64,000 nucleotides of DNA from assembly GCF_018350175.1 (NCBI RefSeq), contig NC_058368.1, positions 66,838,001-66,902,000 of the forward strand, written 5' to 3'. Numbering within the stretch: position 1 is the stretch's first letter; the number at the start of each line of letters is the position of its first letter. This DNA is from Felis catus (lineage: Eukaryota). Positions 60,601 through 64,000 of this stretch are shown here, piece after piece. Made by a program: the position numbers and the translations under genes. Under the pieces are notes generated by a model. That model was given only the letters and a program-made list of their open reading frames with translations, searched no databases and was not told the origin of the DNA.

Positions 60601-61699
60601 GATCCTTTGAAAGAGAGCAGTTGCCAAGGTGGGGTTCTGGGATATGATTTTGTTTCCTTTCCGGATACATTTTCTTAGGAACAAACAAGCCTTTTGCCAG
60701 CTATGATTTACCCAGGAGAAAGCGTGACTAAAAGCATCTCAAGCACAAGAAGCTTTCTCTGACTGAACGGTCAAAACAGGCCTGCCTTTCCCCAGGAGCA
60801 GACTCGCTCAAGTAGCTCTTAATTAGCAATAATTTGCACTTCGACTTGGGAAAGAAGGATGTCACAGCCCTTGACAAATCTTTATCAGGATTCCCATTTT
60901 AGAGGCTGAGCAAAGGAGGCACAAGGTCAAGCGATTTGCCAACGGTTGCGGCAAATCTTTCAATCGGTGTTTCCACAGCCCCTGGTATCACAGGGACAAA
61001 GACGTGCTCCCACGGAGCTATCAGCAGAAAGAGAGAGCAAAAGGAAGACATTGGTGGAAACATGGCTAAAACCTGAGGCTTACGGTACAGAGAAACAGCC
61101 AGGACAGCTTGATACAGGGAGACGGCCGGGTAGAGCCTGCCTTTAAGTGGGCAATGAGATCGGTTGGTAACCAACCCTCCATGTTTACGGGCAGAAAGGA
61201 GTAACAGAAATAGCCATCCAGTTATTGAAGATGTTTTTACCAAAGGGCTCCTATGTAAATGGCACTGTTCTAGGCATCTTGTGGAAACGTACAAAGAAAT
61301 ACTAATTTAATCTTTTAGGAGTTTTCCATATAAGCAGGGAAACAGGGCATATAAGCATAACTGAATGCACTCAACCATGAAGTCCCAGTACCTAATGTAA
61401 GTACTGGGGCATAGTAGGTGCTCAATAAATGTTTGTCGAACTAATAGCTCTTCACTCACTAGCAAGCCTGAATGTACACTCTGCCACAGTGGTTGTGCAT
61501 GTGATCTGACTGCCTAAAGTTTACATAGCAGGTTTTAGGGAAATCACACTTAAATTGGTTGTTAGAGAAAGTTTAAAAACATGTTTAAGCTTTAATTATC
61601 AATAATTTCTGACTTCCAAAAAAAGTTGCAAATACAGCAAAACAATTCCTATGTCTTTCACTAAATCTTTCTTCATTAAAAAATTGTTTTGCTCCTGTT

Positions 61700-62112
61700 T
61701 CAGGTTTTTACTTAAATTCTAGTTCGTTAACATATAGTGTAATGTTGGTTTGAGGAGTAGGATTTAGTGATTCCTCAGTTACATAGAACACCCAGTGCTC
61801 ATTACAACAAGTGGCCCCCTTCATACCCGTCACCCATTTAGACCATCCTCCCACCTACCTTCTTCCACTGACCCTTGGTTTGTTCTCTATAGTTAAGAGT
61901 CTTTCTTATGGCTTGCCTCCCTCTTTTTTTCTTTCTCCTATGTTCATCTGTTTTGTTTCTTAAATTCCAAGTGAGTGAAATCATATGGTATTTGTCTTTC
62001 TCTGACTGAGTTGTTTTGCTTAGCATAATACATTCTAGCTCCATCCATGTCATTGCAAGTGACAAGATTTCATAATTTTGATGGTTGAGTAATATTCCAT
62101 TGTATATATTCA
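61700..62112 (-). mobile_element. Carnivore-type L1 3' end inserted in an older L1
   Basis: ORF 61838-62113 contains TWMELECIMLSK..QSEKDKYHMISL, typical of the L1 3' region; cacccagtgctcattacaacaagtg. Confidence 0.88.
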
Positions 62113-62820
62113 CTCATCTTCATAGGTTAACATCCTACATAACCACAGAACAATGAACAAAACCAGAAAGTTAACATGGTTACCATACTATTAACTGGTC
62201 TACAGACATTCAGATTTCACCAACTGTTCCATTAACAGCCATTGTCTGATCTAGGATACAATACAGGACCACACATTGTATTTAGTTGTCATGTTTCCTT
62301 ACTTGTAATCGGAATCTGTTCATCAGTCTTTCTTTGCCTTTCATGACCTTGGCACTTCTGAAGAGCACTGCCCCATTATTTTCTAGAATATTCCTCAGTT
62401 GGAATCTTTCTGATGTATCCTCTTGATTAGATTTGCACTGTGTCCTCTTTTGGCAAGAATTCCACTGAAGCGTGTTGTGCCCCTATCAAGCACATAACGT
62501 CAGCGTGTCTCATTCTGGGTGGCGTCCATTTTCATCATTTGGTTCTGGTGGCACCTGAGTTTCTCCACAGAAAGGCTACCATTTTCCCTTTGTAATGAAT
62601 GAGCTTCTTATGGGAAAACACTGAGATTGTGCAAATATTCTGTTTCTCATTATACTTATGCCCATTAATTTTATTATCCACCCTTGATTCTTGCCTACAA
62701 TAGTTATTACTGTGGTGTTTGCCAAGTGGTAATTTTCTACTTCAATCATTCCTCCCTCGTTTATTAATCAGCATTCTGCTATAGAGAAGAGTTATTTCTT
62801 ATCCTATTTATTGATTTAAC
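62113..62820 (-). mobile_element. L1MC-like 3' region (left part at ~61590-61670)
   Basis: cacacattgtatttagttgtcatgtttcc, ttttggcaagaattccac; left piece aaaagttgcaaatacagc. Confidence 0.75.
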
Positions 62821-64000
62821 TGTTTTTAAAATAAAGAATAGGATTTCATGAGGGCAGGGTGTTTGGTACTAACAGATGGGAGAAAAAAGCAAGCAATGGG
62901 TGCGTAACGATAACCAGCTTGAGTGAAGGGCCTGTGATCCTAAGTGTCATTTGCTGAGAGTAAAAAATAAAAGTCTTCTGACAGGTTCTGAGGAGGCAGG
63001 AGCATGATCAAAGGGCTAGTCAAAGAGGGACATCTTCGGTACAATTGATGGTGGAAGCCTGGCAATGAATTACAAGGCATCTAAGGACGTCTCAGGTAGG
63101 ACAGGAGGAGGATGAGTTCATTCATAAAAGGCGAAAAAGGTACTTCTGTCAACCTTGGTGACGAATCAGTGCAAAAAGAATGGTAATCACTTCCGACGGT
63201 GACTGGAGAGGTAAAAAGTGCTGGGAATTTTGTAGGAAAATACAAGGGGCATTCCTTCAGTTAGCAGTAGCTTCACCGTAAAGCATCCATAAGACGTCCT
63301 GGAGTCTGAGAAATGAAGGAGTGTAAGCAGCCAGTGTTGGAGGGAGGGGCATTCCCGAAAGTGGGAGTCTGGGGGGGCCACTGACCCTTTACACCTGATG
63401 CTACCTCAGCCAGGGTGAATCATGCTATCTTGGCCAGGTAACGTTGGGCAGGGCCAGAGTGCTCCTGAGAGTATTTAGCTATTACATAGCTTTCTGCATT
63501 ATTGCAAAAGAAGAAAGGAAGCATCCAGGGTCCACTGCAACTCCCCGCCCCCACCCCATGGGCCTAGCATGTGGAAATCTGCTCCATGTTTGCAGTTCTC
63601 CTCGGCAGTGAGCAGGAGACGTGTGGAGTTGGAGGGAGCACCTGAGGTTAGCCTTATTCCATATTCTCTGCCAGCCTCTCCCCAAAGAAGTCTGGTTTGA
63701 GCATCACCTCAGGGCTTGAGTAACCCTCCAAGTATCTTGACAAGGCCGGTCCTAGCCCTCCATGTAAATATGCTTGAGATACAGCTTTGGGGACAGCAGG
63801 AATTTGAACAAACTAGAACTCCTTTCTGTTCTTTCTTTGGTTGATGAGAACAAAGATCACTTCTGTGAACCCCGTCCCGAGCCTTGTAACGCCATCAGAG
63901 CATTAGCGCGTTCTCACCACCAGCCTTTATAGGGTGACTAAGCCTGTCTGACAGGCAGCGGTGGCCGAGACTGGCATGTCTCTCTTTTCTCTAACCCTTA

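Noticed and set aside
1..64000. CRISPR arrays, operons, defence systems, intact retroviral or transposase ORFs
   Set aside because: Mammalian DNA; no regularly spaced repeat-spacer array and no intact mobile-element ORF seen

Overview
This is a 64 kb mammalian non-coding window, most likely felid, because it carries about 32 tRNA-derived carnivore SINEs of SINEC_Fc type. I found no protein-coding gene I can support: the listed ORFs trace to SINE, L1, microsatellite or GC-rich sequence, or resemble nothing I recognise. The window is a mosaic of CanSINEs (many with clean target-site duplications, TSDs), old L1/L2/CR1 fragments, MIRs, MLT1 solo LTRs and MER DNA-transposon fossils, with several nested insertions. 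The main non-repeat feature is a CpG island at ~53.35-54.7 kb. It lies inside a 13.5 kb CanSINE-free zone, has an AT-rich, homeodomain-motif-rich left shore, and has a long (TTTC)n tract on its right, which suggests a regulatory or developmental locus. A two-motif module is repeated at near-identical spacing at ~14.4 kb and ~17.3 kb. Repeat family names come from recalled consensus resemblance, not from a database search. I see no solid evidence of a novel biological system.
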